Source: Schmidtea polychroa
Lineage: Eukaryota
Assembly: GCA_044892525.1 (NCBI GenBank)
Contig: CM097885.1
Location: 310,001-374,000, forward strand
DNA length: 64,000 nt
Direction: 5' to 3'
Shown here piece by piece: positions 23,901-36,349 of the stretch. The notes below the pieces were generated by a model. That model saw nothing but the letters and a program-made list of their open reading frames with translations. It ran no database searches and was not told the DNA's origin. Position numbers and translations under genes: made by a program. Each line of letters begins with the position of its first letter. The first letter of the stretch is position 1.

Positions 23901-26069
23901 GGGCGAGATTTTTTTCCAATCGGCCAGTGTGATTCCATCAAGTCCTGGAGCAGTGTTTTGGAGTTGTGAGAAGATTTATTATTTAGGATCTTCGTTATCT
24001 CCTCTTTAGGTTTTGTTTTATATTTGAATCTTTTAATACAAAGCAGTTCATTTTTAGCCCTGGTTTTTTTATGGACAATGTCTGCTGGTTTTTTAATTTT
24101 CTATTTTTTCCATTTCATTAAGGGCTGTTTCACGGTCCATATTGTCGTTATTTAAATTAGTTATTAAACCTTTAATAAGTGGGAGGTATTTTTTAATATT
24201 ATCGTCAGGTATTTTGTAGGTAAAATAGTTTTCCTCAACAGTTCTGATATTTTTTTGCATAATAGTAATTTTAGGAATGGTTAGTTTAGTATTCTTTATC
24301 AGGCATTGGATGAGGTGGCACACAAAAAAGGCAACTGGGATATTCATATTTTGTGAGTGTAATTGCGAGTGGTGAAACGATTTTTTGCAGATCAAGAATG
24401 GTATTCAGTATGCTATTAGCGAGAGATAAGTGTATGGAGTGGCTAGCGTCAAGTAAAGGATCTATTATAACAGCTAATTGTCTCCGCTTATCAAGATAAA
24501 AGAAAAACCAGTTGTCTTTGCCATTTGACATTGGCATAATAATTTCGTTCCACTCTGCGAAGTCTTTGAAGGGGAAGGAGGAGAAGAAGGTTTTGTAATT
24601 ATGCTGGATTAGAAAGTTATCAACATAAGGGTCAACAAAGATGGTAGATTTTTTCATGGCGAAAGAGTAAACGAATGCCTTTATTGTGTGCTGGGACCAT
24701 CAAGCTGATTCCTCATACACGTTATATGTGAATAAGCAATCATTTGGTATTTCTCTACTATAGTTAAAATCAAAACCATTTAGACATTCTTCATCTGATG
24801 AAGTTTGTTTCCCTTCCTTTGTGTTTCAAGGTTATCTGCAATCACCTCCTGGGTGTTTAATACATTATTCATAATATTATAGTCATAATAATATTGTTAG
24901 TATTTGGTGGTATTGGGTGGCGTTGAGCTATATGATTGATAATGCCATCTATTGGGACCCAGCTCCTACATGCACAGTATATATCGGCATTTTTATCAAT
25001 AATTCTATTTCTATGTTTTTTTGACATGTGCTCCCATACACATGCCAATGGAGTGTCCCAATTCCACGTCGTAAAGCATTTTTTGTAGTTCTTATTGTGG
25101 CTATTACATGTGAGGTGATTATTTTTGTCGATTTTAATAAATATCATTTTGAGGGTATCTTTATCATTTTGTATTTCATGCACATATTGTTCGACATGTC
25201 TGTAAATGTCTTTGTGCTTAACCGGATATATTACATAGCGTTCGTCATCACCTTTGCATTGGCCGCAGTCTATGATGGAGTGTTCTGTGATAATTATGTT
25301 GTGTCTTTCAAGTGCGTGCTTATCCAATTTTTCCCTATTGTAAATGGAAATCGCTCCACAAAAAGGTGTGCGTAAGTGGTGTCTGCATCTACATTTCCCT
25401 CTGGAGTTGAAGTAGTAGAGGTTAGGATCTTGCATGTATAGTGATTTCAGACTAGGTGGTATTAATGTTTGGGTTGGTTTTGGGATTTCGCTTGTCTCCA
25501 TGGATATTTTTATTCCAACAAGGGATTTAGGTTTATTACAACTACAACATTTAGAGTTGGTAGCATTATTTTTATTTTTAGCGTTATCTGCTCCATTATC
25601 AAATGCATTAATTACGGGTAAGTTGTCTATCAGAGCGATGGCGTTTTTGGGATCATTAGAGAATAAGGATGAGTTGGACTGAAGGTTTTCGTTAAGGATA
25701 GATTTTTCGTTTAAAGGGGAGAGTTTATAAGAAATAGGGTTTATGAAAGAATGCTCAACGTCATCGGTTACAGAGTTTCTTTGTATAGAAGCCTCTATGA
25801 TATCATGAGAGTAGTTATGGCTTACTGAGTCTATGGAGATGTGAGAGTTAGTTGTTTCGACGATAGAAGTATCGTTTAATGGAGAAGGTTTGAAGGATAT
25901 GGGATTTTTTTCCATTCATTCTGTTTATCTGGTCGAGTTGCCTAAAATAAAGGTAAATATTGGAGCTATTAAAGATAATTTTATCATAGTCTGGAGGCTT
26001 CAATAGTACAGCGTTTTTTGCCTCCTGGCTTTTGTGATAAACCTCTCTTCTTCTCCATTGAGAACCCAC
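20955..26069 (-). mobile_element. Scrambled fragments of a further NeSL/R5-like family (low-complexity ORF1, Cys/His fingers, Ulp1-like domain)
   Basis: Cys/His clusters in 24869-25915. ORF 24286-24657 (FPFKDFAEWNEIIMP...WFFFYLDK...IIDP...YPSC) is homologous to the domain in the other copies. Local duplications at 21445-21745/23125-23420 and 21060-21230/25720-25910. Confidence 0.7.
22238..22651 (-). CDS. Hypothetical helical ORF within the retroelement mosaic
   Basis: 137-aa open frame with an internal ~80-bp tandem duplication at its 5' end; no family recognised. Confidence 0.3.
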   Translation of the reverse strand: MDADKIDPEQTQNGDPTSEKAVNVPHSDFHCELDADKLVERICNSILNLSITLDIKDEVNTNLRILFELKKPDLNLPEETKTVILSELKANINALTDGILNFNCEYPNTLTAQIILECIPAFVEHAKKMHLRNISQN

Positions 26070-26374
26070 CGAAAAAAGAAAAAATCAAATTTTATTTTAT
26101 GCAATTAACGGGGCACATTGCCAAGAAGGGAGATGTTATCTGTAGCTTTTAGTTCAATAGACTGGATGTTAGAGTGTAATACTCCTACATCAAAACTTGG
26201 TTTTTCCTGAAAACTTCAGTCCGGTTTGGAGTCTGGGATCCATTCTGAAGCTCCTGGCATTGGCTCATTCACATTTACAGGTAAGCATCATTGAGCAGAG
26301 TAGGGATAATCATGGCTAATCACAGACTTGATCAGCCATGGCTCGTATAGATGCATCTGGCATTCATTCATTCA

Positions 26375-29300
26375 CGTTAGTTTATTAGGAGAGGCAGTTA
26401 AGGCTTCTGTCTGATTAGTTTATATGCAATTATGAACACTAAAAATTAATTTAATAGATCGGAGTAAGAAGACTCCATTTGTGATTTTTGTAGCGATCAA
26501 ATATTATAAATTATATTATATTAAGGATTGAAAGGATGGGTCCAAGGAAGAGGAGGTTTTTAAAGAATAGGTGGTCTGGTGAGTATATGGTTATTGTTGC
26601 TATCCCAGGATCCTAGAGTACCGATTACTAGGGCTGAGATAGTAGTTTTAGTTTTATAGTATTTTTCAATATCTATGGCCAGGTACGTGTATTTAATATA
26701 GTTATTCTTAACTGCATTTTTAAAATTTTCTTTTTGTTCATACGGGACTTTTATATAGAGTAGATGAATGTTTTTATTTTATTAGAAGATATGGTTTAAG
26801 AGTTGAATTTACTCCATGAGATGAAATTTCGATATCTATGTGAAAGTTAAAATAAGAGAGACATTCGCAGACCGCTTCGAGGACACGGGAGTGTTTATTT
26901 CTGCGCGCATTAATTTTCGCAGGGCAATGGTTGAATATGTGGGCCTGTGTTTCGGGGTCTGAGTTGCATTGCCTACAGAGGATAGATTTTCTACTTTTAA
27001 GTCGATGAGGTGTGAAATTTCAGCAGGTTGTTGCGAGCCCTAACAAGGAAGAAGTATTGGGCGTCGCTAAGTATATCAGATTTGAGGAGGAAGTCAGCAA
27101 TGCTGCTATCAGTGATGGATTTGGCAATATAACCCTGATATGTTAGGATCGTCCATTTTTCTGCGTGTATAAAGCCGATGATGCAGTGCAGTTCAGAGGA
27201 GATGTCCTTCATGTTATGTTCATTAAATAATTAATTTCAAGTTGGTATTGGTCTTCCATAAGCACGATTTTTGCGTGTATGCCATATTTCCTACGAAGCA
27301 GATCGAAAGATTTTTTGAATTTCGAAAAGATAGAATGAGTTGGAAAGGCTTTAGAGATGTTACCATTAATCCAGGACATTACCTTGGCCACGTGCTAAAG
27401 CAAGTTCTGAGAGGATAAGATTACGAAAGGCTTTGTATGATATATTCGACTATTGCAGCGGTAAGTCCGAGTCCGCCCATTTTTATAGAGGCGTATAGGA
27501 AGTTATTGTTAAATTGCAAGAGTTTATCCCCCAAAGAGGTTTTTATCATTTTTCTTATCTTATCGTCAAAACCTTTTTGGAGGACACAGTCTTTTATGAT
27601 GGTATCTTTAAGAGTATCTAGTATATTATGGAGAATTTCACAATTACGGAAGAGAAAGATCAATCGGGAATGTATGAATATTTGAAGGCATTAATCTTCT
27701 GAGATGGGTGAAGATGTGAGTTTAGGATTTTTTCGGTATCGTTAATAGCGAATTCAAGTCTTTCATCAATATTGTGTCTTTTCTTATAAGCAAAGTCTAC
27801 TCCTAGATATCATCTACTTTTGGAATGGTCTCATTATATAGTTTAATTGGTTGGTGGTTATTACTGTCATTTAAGTGGAAATAACCAGATTTCGAGGGTT
27901 TAAATTTTAGATTGGCTAGTGAGGCAAGACGGATAGTTTCAAGGAGAGCAGAGGTGATTGATAGGTAAGAGTCTGAGATCAATACGATGTCATCCGCGTA
28001 TGCTAGGATACCAATATTCATATCACCAAATATGAAGGGGTGAGAGATTAGGATATTTTTATTAATATAGTCGATAGAGAGGCAGAAAAAAGTCATGGAG
28101 AGTGGACATCCTTGTTTCACTCCTTTTAGGATGGGAATTGAGGGCGATTTTTCTCCTTCGCAGTCGAAGATTGTTTATCAGCCCAATGGTGTTAGGGTGT
28201 AACCCTATTGTAGAAAGAGTATGCCAGATGAGGTCGTGTGGTAGAGAGCCGAAGGCATCAGTGATATCCAGCCAGACAATATGAAGGTCAGATTTGTTTC
28301 GTATGGAGGCATCCTTAATGAGTTGAAGGATAAGATTATGTTCAGCGCATCCATCGGGGGTGCCGATTGCTTTCTGATTATGAAGTTATTAAGAAGTGAA
28401 GTATTCATGATGGAGATCGGTCTCCATGAGCTGGCCTCGTGGCTTATCTCATTCTTACCGGCTTTGAGGATGAGTTTTGTCCTGAAGGTTTTCCAAGTAG
28501 ATGGGCAGAGGGAGTTCCTTTGGATGTTATTACATATAGAGAGAAGAAGTTCGAAATCTGGTGATATCTTTTTCCAATTGGCAAGTGTGATAAGATCTAA
28601 GCCTGGAGCGGTATTGTCAAGATTGGAGAAAATGTATTTGATCTCATCAGTATCAAATGGAGTAGGGGAGTAATTTTCTGGGAAGGAGCAAAGGAGGTTA
28701 ATAGAAAGCGGATTTGAGGTGACTAATTCCCCTGCAAACAGTTTGAGAATATTGGTCATAGTGGGTTTTTGAAAATTACATTCGTTTTTCAAGATCTTAG
28801 ATATCTCCTCCTTTGGGTTAAATTTGTATCTGTTCCTTTTAATAACTAATAATTCGTTGTCTAGTTTTTTTCTCTTATGAATGATGTCAGCCGGTTTTTT
28901 ATTATTGTATTTTAAGGCATTAATATTAACACGAGAAAAACTTTTTCGAGAAAGACTGTGGTAAAAAGAATGATATTTAAACAAAGAAAATTCTTTGTAT
29001 AAAATCGATAATTTATTCAGGTTAATAAAGTTAGAAATATTTATAATGATAATATTAACTAACTCACTAAAAAATCCATTAAAAGGGACTTCTGTAGAGT
29101 TTTTAAAATCCATAATTATTTTTTTAATAATATATTTAATTTTATTTTTAATAAATTTATCGTATTTATTATTATTTTGGTTATTGTAATAATTATTTGT
29201 GTTTTCATTTAAATTATCATTATCAAAAGTATATTTGCCAGTAGATTTATTATTTAAATTATAATTACTTAATTCACAATTATCGTTATAAGTAGATTTA

Positions 29301-30000
29301 TAATTGTTATTAATCAGGTCAGAGTTTTTATCATTTAGGTTATAATTACCATAACTTAATTCGCAGTTTTTAATATTTAAATTATAATTACTGTTATTTA
29401 ATTTACAATTAGAATTATTTAATTTATAATCATTATAGAAATTTTGATCATTTAAATTAAAAATCATTAAATTATTATTTAGGATTATTATTTATTTTTA
29501 TTATTTAGGATGTGAATCCTACGAGCAGGGCAAAAGGCTTTCCACGAGGTAGTAAATAAGTCATTGGATGTTGCGTCTGGAGTCTTTGCTCCGCTGTAAG
29601 AAGGTCTGGCAGGATGGCATATGAATCTCATTGGCATTTGGTGTCATAAGTCTTGTCGGTTTAGGTTTAGAAAAGCTTCTTCCTTGTCTGTCTGAAGGAG
29701 CAGTAGCAGATTTATGGAGTCCGGTTTCATTAGTTCTAGAAAGGAGATTAGAGTGTGTTAAATATAGGTTTTTCTCATGGTTATCTCCCGGATTGGAGCT
29801 TCTTCCATCTATAATCGTATCATTGATCTTGGAATCATCGGCCGATTTATCAAAATTTTATTTAAGTAAAGCCTGCCTCCGAAGAGACAGGTTGGTCCTT
29901 TTTACGGGACGAGTTTCGGCCAGCGGCCAAAGCTAAACAACCGAATTTTTTTATAGTTTCCCGTCCAAGCCTTGTACTGGTTTAGGGATCAAGGCTGATT
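26375..30000 (-). mobile_element. Degenerate NeSL/R5-like retrotransposon (RT and restriction-like endonuclease region, 3' UTR)
   Basis: Pieces encode APGLDLIT, SSWRPISI, KQGCPLSMTFFCL, LAYADD, GGLGL, CRQC...ETQAHIFNHC and KVPY. The 3' UTR ends near an AATAAA at about 26380-26385 on the minus strand. Confidence 0.8.
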
Positions 30001-30009
30001 TCCTCCTGA

Positions 30010-30360
30010 TTTCGTAGGTTTCTTTTTCGTAGGTTTCTTTTTCATAGGTTTTTTTTTCGTAATTATTAAGTTTATTAGGCATTTCTTTTTTGTAGGTTTC
30101 TTTTTCATAGGTTTCTTATTCGTAGGTTTCTTATTCGTAGGTTTCTTATTCGTAGGTTGCTTATTCTTAGGTTTCTTTATCGTAGGTTTCTCTATCGTAG
30201 GTTTCTTATTCGTAAGTTTCTTTCTTAGGTAGTTTCTTTTTCGTAATTATTAGGTTTATTAGGCATTTCTTTTTTGTAGGTTTCTTTTTCATAGGTTTCT
30301 TATTCGTAGGTTTCTTATTTGTAGGTTTCTTATTTGTAGGTTTCTTTATCGTAGGTTTTT
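30010..30360. repeat. 15-bp minisatellite (TTCTTATTCGTAGGT)n; reads KKPTN repeats on the minus strand
   Basis: About 20 degenerate units visible, with a higher-order duplication. Confidence 0.85.
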
Positions 30361-30900
30361 TTTCCATACAATAAAAGTTCTCAACACAAACACAGTAAGA
30401 CAAGCCAATAAAAAGTGGCAATAAGTAAAATATCATCACAAACTAATAAAAAGTGGTAAAAAAGTAAAATGTTATCACGATACTCATAAATCAAAACAGG
30501 CCATCACAAGGCTTTAAAAAGTTCGTACGATAAATATATAAAGGATCACAGCAGACGCCAACATACGATCATAATAAACAAGAGAAGATCACAATCTCCA
30601 AAAAAGAAGGCCTCAACACGGCTCATAGAAGCCAATTAAGTCATTACAAGGCTATCAGAGGGAAAAGGTCCAATGAACGCTATCATCAAATTTTTATCAT
30701 TATGTGAAAGGATTCCAAAATATTAAATGAAAACCAAGTTATTATAGTATAGATATATTATAGTACATTATAGTATAGATAAAGCATTCAATGTATAAAT
30801 ATATTCTAATTTACATATTAAATATTAGGGCAGTATTAAAACCTTATGGTGTAATATGGTACAGTATAAATACATTACAGAATAAGTATAGTAAATAATA

Positions 30901-33204
30901 TTAGTTATCAATTAATGTGTTTAAAATGTGGTCCATATAGATATTGTAGCTCGCTGTGATCGCTGTTATAATGCATTTCCTAGCTAATATGTTAATTTCC
31001 CTATCAGTCAATCCTATATCTCTTAAGGGTTTATCATTGTTGATATCCCAGGTTCCTAAAGTTCCTACAACAAGTGCATATAGTGTAGTTTTATTTGCGG
31101 TGCCAGTTTCAATAGCCAAATTTCTATATTTCTCAAAATTGTTATCTCTAGCGTTATTAAAATTTTCTATTGTGTCATATGGTACCTTAATGTCAAGTAG
31201 GTGTATTTTTTTGTTTCTATTTGAGGTTATAATTAAGTCAGGTCTTAGTGTAGTTATTGTTCCTGGTGGTGCTCTTTCTGTGTCGACTTTAAAGTTTTTG
31301 GAAGTTAGATATTTATGCGTTATTTCTAATACTCTATTGTGCTTATTTCTCCTAGCATTTTGTGTTTTGGTGCAGTGGTTGAAAATATGTGCCTGCGTTT
31401 CCCAGTCTTTGCTGCATAATCTGCAGAGTATGTTTTGGTTCTCTTTGTGCCTATTTATTGTATAATTAAGACTGAGCATGTTATTGCTTGCTTTAATTAT
31501 GAAGTAATATTGATTGTCGGTAAGAACAGTTGATTTTATTGGGTATGCAGATAAGTTATTGTTTCCTATTGTTTTTGATATGTGTCCCTGGTTGATCATG
31601 TCATACCATTTTTCAGCATACCATCTACTTGTTATATTATGTAATGTTGAGGATGTGTCTTCTATGTTATTCTTATCTATATAATTAATCTCGTTGTTGT
31701 ATTTTATTTCTAGGTTAAAAAAGCCTTTAATAAGTATTATTTTGCATTGAATATTGAATTTTTCGCGGATTCTCTTACATGATTCCCTACAAGATTTACC
31801 ACTTATGTCCCCCTTACAGTCTGCATTAAGCCAGTCGAGGGCATTATTAATGTTGATTTCCTTATTAAATGACCTGATTTTGACTATCTCTATAAGTTCA
31901 CTTAATAGAAAATTTTTCATCTTAATGTCGTCAGAGTTAAATATTCTAATAAATTGAGTGATACTTTGGATTAGGTATTCATCAATGGATGGTGTGATAC
32001 CTAATCCTCCTAAAGAGCAGTTCGCATAAATAAAGTTATTATTAAGATTTTGGTGTATGTCCTTTAGTTCATTTTTAATTATTCGTTTAATTTTTTGGTC
32101 ATAGCCTAGTTGTTTTTCTCTATTTTGTACTATTTTATTCCTATTGCAGTCTAGTATCATATGATTGATTGTGCATGTTCGCAAAGGAAAACTAAATCGG
32201 GAGTGTATAAAAGTTTTATATGCATGTGGTTTCTGTGTTGGATGTAGGTCAGAGGTAAAGATCATATTTGCGTCTTCTAGTGCCTTAGATAAAATGTCGT
32301 CAATGCTGTGTTTTCTTTTTTCACCAAAACATACGCCTAGGTATCTATAAATTTTATCGCTATCTATAATCGGGATCTTTTCATCGTATATTGTTATTGG
32401 GATATCAGAATGATTTTTTTGTAGTTGGAAATATCCGCATTGGTTTGGTCTGAATTTTAGCTTAGATCTATCGGTTAATTTGATTATATGTTCTAGTATC
32501 ATCTTAATGTTATCCCTGGAGTCTGATATTAGAACAATATCATCAGCATACGCCAATATGCTGACATTATATTCACTAATTATTAAAGGGAATTTATTTA
32601 ATATATCCTTAAGTATGAAATCTATTGCCAGACAAAAAAGTGTCATGGACATTGGGCATCCTTGCTTAACTCCGTTATGTATTTCTATTTCGCTAGTGAG
32701 CTGCCCTTCACAGTCATATAGTGTTTTACAGTTGTTATATAGGTCTTTAAATACGTTTAATGTGTTGTTGTTAATACCTAGATCTATCAATGTTTGCCAA
32801 ATTAGTTTATGTGGGATGCTTCCAAAGGCGTCCGCTAAGTCAAGCCATATGATGTTAATATCTTTATTATTGCGAATTGCTCTTTCTTTTACTAGTGTGA
32901 GGGTTATATTATGTTCAGAACAACCGTCAGGTATACCTATTGCTTTTTGGTTGATACTGATGAGGCCCCTTAATTTTACCCATTCAAGAAGTCTATTGTT
33001 TATTATAGCTGAAAAGATTCTATAGGATGTATCTAAGATAGCAAGAGGTCTCCATGAAGATATATCATAGCTTAATTTCTCTTTATATGGTTTAATTATT
33101 AGTTTGGTTTTAAAAAATTTCCAATTATCTGGAGTTTTTATGTTACGGATTAAGTTATTGAAAAGGGCGCATAAGAATGTGAGGTCAGGGTCATTTATTC
33201 GCAA
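30901..33204 (-). CDS. Reverse transcriptase, CCHC knuckle and restriction-like endonuclease (C-terminal part of ORF2)
   Basis: WRPLAIL, WLDLADAFGSIPH, GVKQGCPMS, LAYADD, YRYLG, GGLGI, CRLC...ETQAHIFNHC, RNKHN, LRPDL, LDIKVPYD. Confidence 0.95.
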   Translation of the reverse strand: MRINDPDLTFLCALFNNLIRNIKTPDNWKFFKTKLIIKPYKEKLSYDISSWRPLAILDTSYRIFSAIINNRLLEWVKLRGLISINQKAIGIPDGCSEHNITLTLVKERAIRNNKDINIIWLDLADAFGSIPHKLIWQTLIDLGINNNTLNVFKDLYNNCKTLYDCEGQLTSEIEIHNGVKQGCPMSMTLFCLAIDFILKDILNKFPLIISEYNVSILAYADDIVLISDSRDNIKMILEHIIKLTDRSKLKFRPNQCGYFQLQKNHSDIPITIYDEKIPIIDSDKIYRYLGVCFGEKRKHSIDDILSKALEDANMIFTSDLHPTQKPHAYKTFIHSRFSFPLRTCTINHMILDCNRNKIVQNREKQLGYDQKIKRIIKNELKDIHQNLNNNFIYANCSLGGLGITPSIDEYLIQSITQFIRIFNSDDIKMKNFLLSELIEIVKIRSFNKEININNALDWLNADCKGDISGKSCRESCKRIREKFNIQCKIILIKGFFNLEIKYNNEINYIDKNNIEDTSSTLHNITSRWYAEKWYDMINQGHISKTIGNNNLSAYPIKSTVLTDNQYYFIIKASNNMLSLNYTINRHKENQNILCRLCSKDWETQAHIFNHCTKTQNARRNKHNRVLEITHKYLTSKNFKVDTERAPPGTITTLRPDLIITSNRNKKIHLLDIKVPYDTIENFNNARDNNFEKYRNLAIETGTANKTTLYALVVGTLGTWDINNDKPLRDIGLTDREINILARKCIITAITASYNIYMDHILNTLIDN

Positions 33205-34178
33205 GTCTCTGTAGGTTATTTTGTCGGTGCCTGGTGCTGAATTTAGGTTTAATTTCTTAATATTATTATTAATTTCATTGATTGTTATTATCTTATTAGT
33301 TAGTTGTTCTATGTCATTGTTATTTTCAATAAGTGGTAAATCTTCAATAATAATTAAATTTTTTTTAAAATTGTTAGTAATTTTTTCGCTAGCTGGTGGT
33401 TGTACTTGGGTAACATTATTAAATATTTTATTAATAGTTATTTTAGGCTTTTCAATATAGTTATTTCTTATTTCATATACAAAATCAGCTTTTTTAATTT
33501 TTTTTCTTATATTAATAATAAAATTAGGTTTAGGGTATTTGTTTGGAAAAAGAGCATTATGTATCTTAGATATCTCATTTAATCCTAGTGTTGGGGTAAT
33601 ATCATTGTTATCTATTTGTATGGTGAGATTAGTGAGGAAATTTCTATATTTATTAATGTTGTCATCAAGTAGTCTGTCAATTAATATTTTACTAATAATT
33701 TCTCTTAATTGTGATCTTATTTGGTTTATCGTTGGTATGGTAAAAATTTCTCTATTGTTATTTAGACAGAGTGCAAAATGGCAAATATAGAAACTGGACT
33801 CTTGTATGCTGCAAGTTGGGTATTGTAGTTCAGTTATTGTTATAGATGTTGGAGATATTATATTTTGTAAGTTTAGGATTGTACTTAATATGCTATCGGC
33901 AATTAATTTGTGTTTAAGAGTGCTGTGTCCACACGTCGGATCTATCAGAGTAGCTATTTTTTTTATTTTGTTGAGGTAAAAAAGTGACCATGTGCTATCC
34001 TCAATTTTAATGGGAAAGAAAATTTCGTTCCATTCAGGGTATTGGTGGAAAGGGAATGTTTCAAAAAAGGTTTTAAATTTTTTTTAATAAGAGCAATGCC
34101 TATGAAGCTATCTATTATAATGGTTGTATATTTTTTGACAAAAACAAGTAGGTACAGTTTAATTGTATGTTGATTTAG

Positions 34179-36023
34179 TCAATCTAAATTTAGGTCAGAG
34201 TTTACTAGTGGTATGTCATCAGGAATTATATTGTTATCTTTCTCTACTGGTATGACACCTATGTGCTTATTGAAATGGTCTAGTTTGGTGTGTGTTTCTA
34301 TTGTCATGACGCAGTAACACGTAATTTGGTTGGTATTGCATATTTTGGTTTTGTGCTTTGTTTTAATATGTTTGTCAATCTCATCTTGCGTTGATCTGTT
34401 GGTAAGTTTGTTTATACATGGTTTTCTTAGTGTTTTATTGTTGCAGTTTATGGTACCTTCTTCATTTATTGTCAAGGTATGTTCTTTAAGCTTAATGTTA
34501 TTCATTTCTCTAGATAAAGGTACCACTAAGTCTTTACGGGTTTGGTTTATGTGTTCGTTAATAGTATTCAGTAAAAAGTTACATTTAATATTTGTATTTC
34601 GTTGTGAGCATAAAACGCAGTGGAAGGTGTCATACTTGTTTATTTCAGTTGTGTGTACTTCTAGTCTATGTTTTAATTGGTCTTCTAATCTAGTTGCGCC
34701 TATCTTACCTTTACAGTTAGGGTAAAAACATGTTAGATAGCCATCGCTTCTTAATTTAAAAATTGGTTCTCTTAGTGTGCGTAATGTTACTTTATTGGGC
34801 TTTAGAACTGGGGTGTTTATTTTTTCAGTTTCGTTTGTTTCTAGTATTGGTTGGAGATCAGTTTTATTTATAATGGGGGTAGCATTAGTACACGTAGTGT
34901 TGATGTCATCTTTTGGGGTGGGGATTATTATGTTATTATGTGTTATTGTGGTTGTTTTTCCTACTATATCTAGGTTATTTACGATTTTAAAAGCTTCGTA
35001 TGTTTGCGTATTCATGTATGAGGGTTTAGTGTCATAGATATTAGTATTGTTACTTATTATGCTTATTTGCGTGTTTGTAAGTGTGTTTTCAAAAAGATCT
35101 ATACTTGAGTCTATTTGTGCTTGAATATTTGTTTTATTAGAGCTAGGGTTGATTGTGTTCACAAGTGGGCTATATGAGATAGTTTCAGTTGTTGTTTGTA
35201 AAAAAGGTTCAGAGGCTATAGAGGGTTCAGAGTCAGAGATTTGGATATCATCAATATCCGGCTCAGCAGTTTTCGTTGAGGATTCAGTTTTGTCACAAAT
35301 TATTTCATTAGGTGGTATAGTAGGTTCCGCGTTGGAAGTAATTTGGTGATTTATGGCAGTATTCGGGTTATCATAATGGACAAGATCGTCAGGTACTATA
35401 TCAGAATCAGAGTCGGATGGGTTATTGCAATCAAGATCTACTTTATGATTAAGGTATGAATCAGGATTACCATTAAGGTCAAGATCAACATTAACTATTT
35501 CAGTATCGGACTCGTCGGTGTTATTGCTAATAGAAGGTAAGCCAGATAATTCATTAGAAAAGTTATAGCATATAAGGTCTTCATTCACATCATCATGATC
35601 ATCTAAGTCAATTAGGTTAGTTGTTTGGTCATTTAGCGCAATGATATTCCCTAGCTGGTTCAAGGGTCTTTTATTAATATGGTCATATGTCGATGGGATA
35701 GATTCAGAAAAATGTGGTCTTCTGGAAGTATTTACATTGTATTTAGGTATGATTTTTTTGGAGATAGTGCTTATTTCGGATAGTTGGGTTGGGATTTGAG
35801 AGCTTAGTTTAAGGTTCGGTGTAGGATTATTGGTCGTAGTTGGTCTATTCTGATAGAGAAGGTGTGGAGCGTTATCTAAGTTGGTTTTGTTATGAAGTGC
35901 TTCGTATCTATTTTTTAGTTTCGGATTTGTTGTTACATTAAAAAAGGGTTTAGTAGTGCTCGGTTTATCTTTTGGTTTGGGGTTGTTATCAATATACACT
36001 TTTATATATTGGTTTGTCATCAT
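34179..36023 (-). CDS. Retrotransposon ORF1: low-complexity region followed by C2H2-like zinc fingers, ending in the conserved TGA
   Basis: CFYPNC...HRLEVH, CVLC...EH, CNNK...PC...HIKTKH, CYC...HFNKH; homologous to copies 1 and 3. True start uncertain. Confidence 0.8.
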   Translation of the reverse strand: MMTNQYIKVYIDNNPKPKDKPSTTKPFFNVTTNPKLKNRYEALHNKTNLDNAPHLLYQNRPTTTNNPTPNLKLSSQIPTQLSEISTISKKIIPKYNVNTSRRPHFSESIPSTYDHINKRPLNQLGNIIALNDQTTNLIDLDDHDDVNEDLICYNFSNELSGLPSISNNTDESDTEIVNVDLDLNGNPDSYLNHKVDLDCNNPSDSDSDIVPDDLVHYDNPNTAINHQITSNAEPTIPPNEIICDKTESSTKTAEPDIDDIQISDSEPSIASEPFLQTTTETISYSPLVNTINPSSNKTNIQAQIDSSIDLFENTLTNTQISIISNNTNIYDTKPSYMNTQTYEAFKIVNNLDIVGKTTTITHNNIIIPTPKDDINTTCTNATPIINKTDLQPILETNETEKINTPVLKPNKVTLRTLREPIFKLRSDGYLTCFYPNCKGKIGATRLEDQLKHRLEVHTTEINKYDTFHCVLCSQRNTNIKCNFLLNTINEHINQTRKDLVVPLSREMNNIKLKEHTLTINEEGTINCNNKTLRKPCINKLTNRSTQDEIDKHIKTKHKTKICNTNQITCYCVMTIETHTKLDHFNKHIGVIPVEKDNNIIPDDIPLVNSDLNLD

Positions 36024-36349
36024 TTGATACTAAATTTGATATGGTGGATTGGTTAGTGCGAGCTAAAAACATTTTTCTCGGTTTTGGTATTGGTTTTGTG
36101 GCGGGCGTCTGTTGGTGTGGGGATTCTATCAGCGTGGTTGTATTAGGGGGTTGTGGTAAATCGGTATTTGGTTGTGGCGTTATCGGTTTGTTTAACGGTT
36201 TGTTCCACTTTACTAACTGTGCCTTCACGGCTTCGTGCTAGGCCAGTGAGCTAATCCTCTCATCCCTGCATTCTTCAATTCTTTTAAACCAATCACGTTT
36301 CGCAAATAGTATCATCACCGACTGGGATGGTACACACAGCCCCCCCCCC

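Larger units (their letters stand above)
30901..36300 (-). mobile_element. NeSL/R5-like non-LTR retrotransposon, copy 2, near full length
   Basis: ORF1 34179-36023, then an Ulp1-like region (about 33760-34178, with a 1-nt frameshift near 34080), then the RT-RLE ORF. 5' and 3' boundaries not resolved. Confidence 0.9.

Noticed and set aside
28205..29467. 420-aa ORF as an independent gene
   Set aside because: Chimera of low-complexity Asn-rich sequence and the pre-RT region of the degenerate retroelement, ending out of frame.
30500..30900. Site-specific target (28S rRNA, spliced-leader or U2 sequence) flanking the NeSL/R5-like copies
   Set aside because: No recognisable RNA-gene sequence at any element end, and the ends themselves are not resolved.
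30956..33025. Plus-strand ORFs antisense to the RT-RLE gene (and similar antisense ORFs elsewhere)
   Set aside because: Shadow frames from the biased composition of the real coding strand; no motifs.
34179..34181. Selenocysteine or a variant genetic code as the explanation for the conserved TGA
   Set aside because: The codon aligns with a Trp rather than a Cys position, I could identify no SECIS, Trp is otherwise TGG, and TGA ends other genes in the window.
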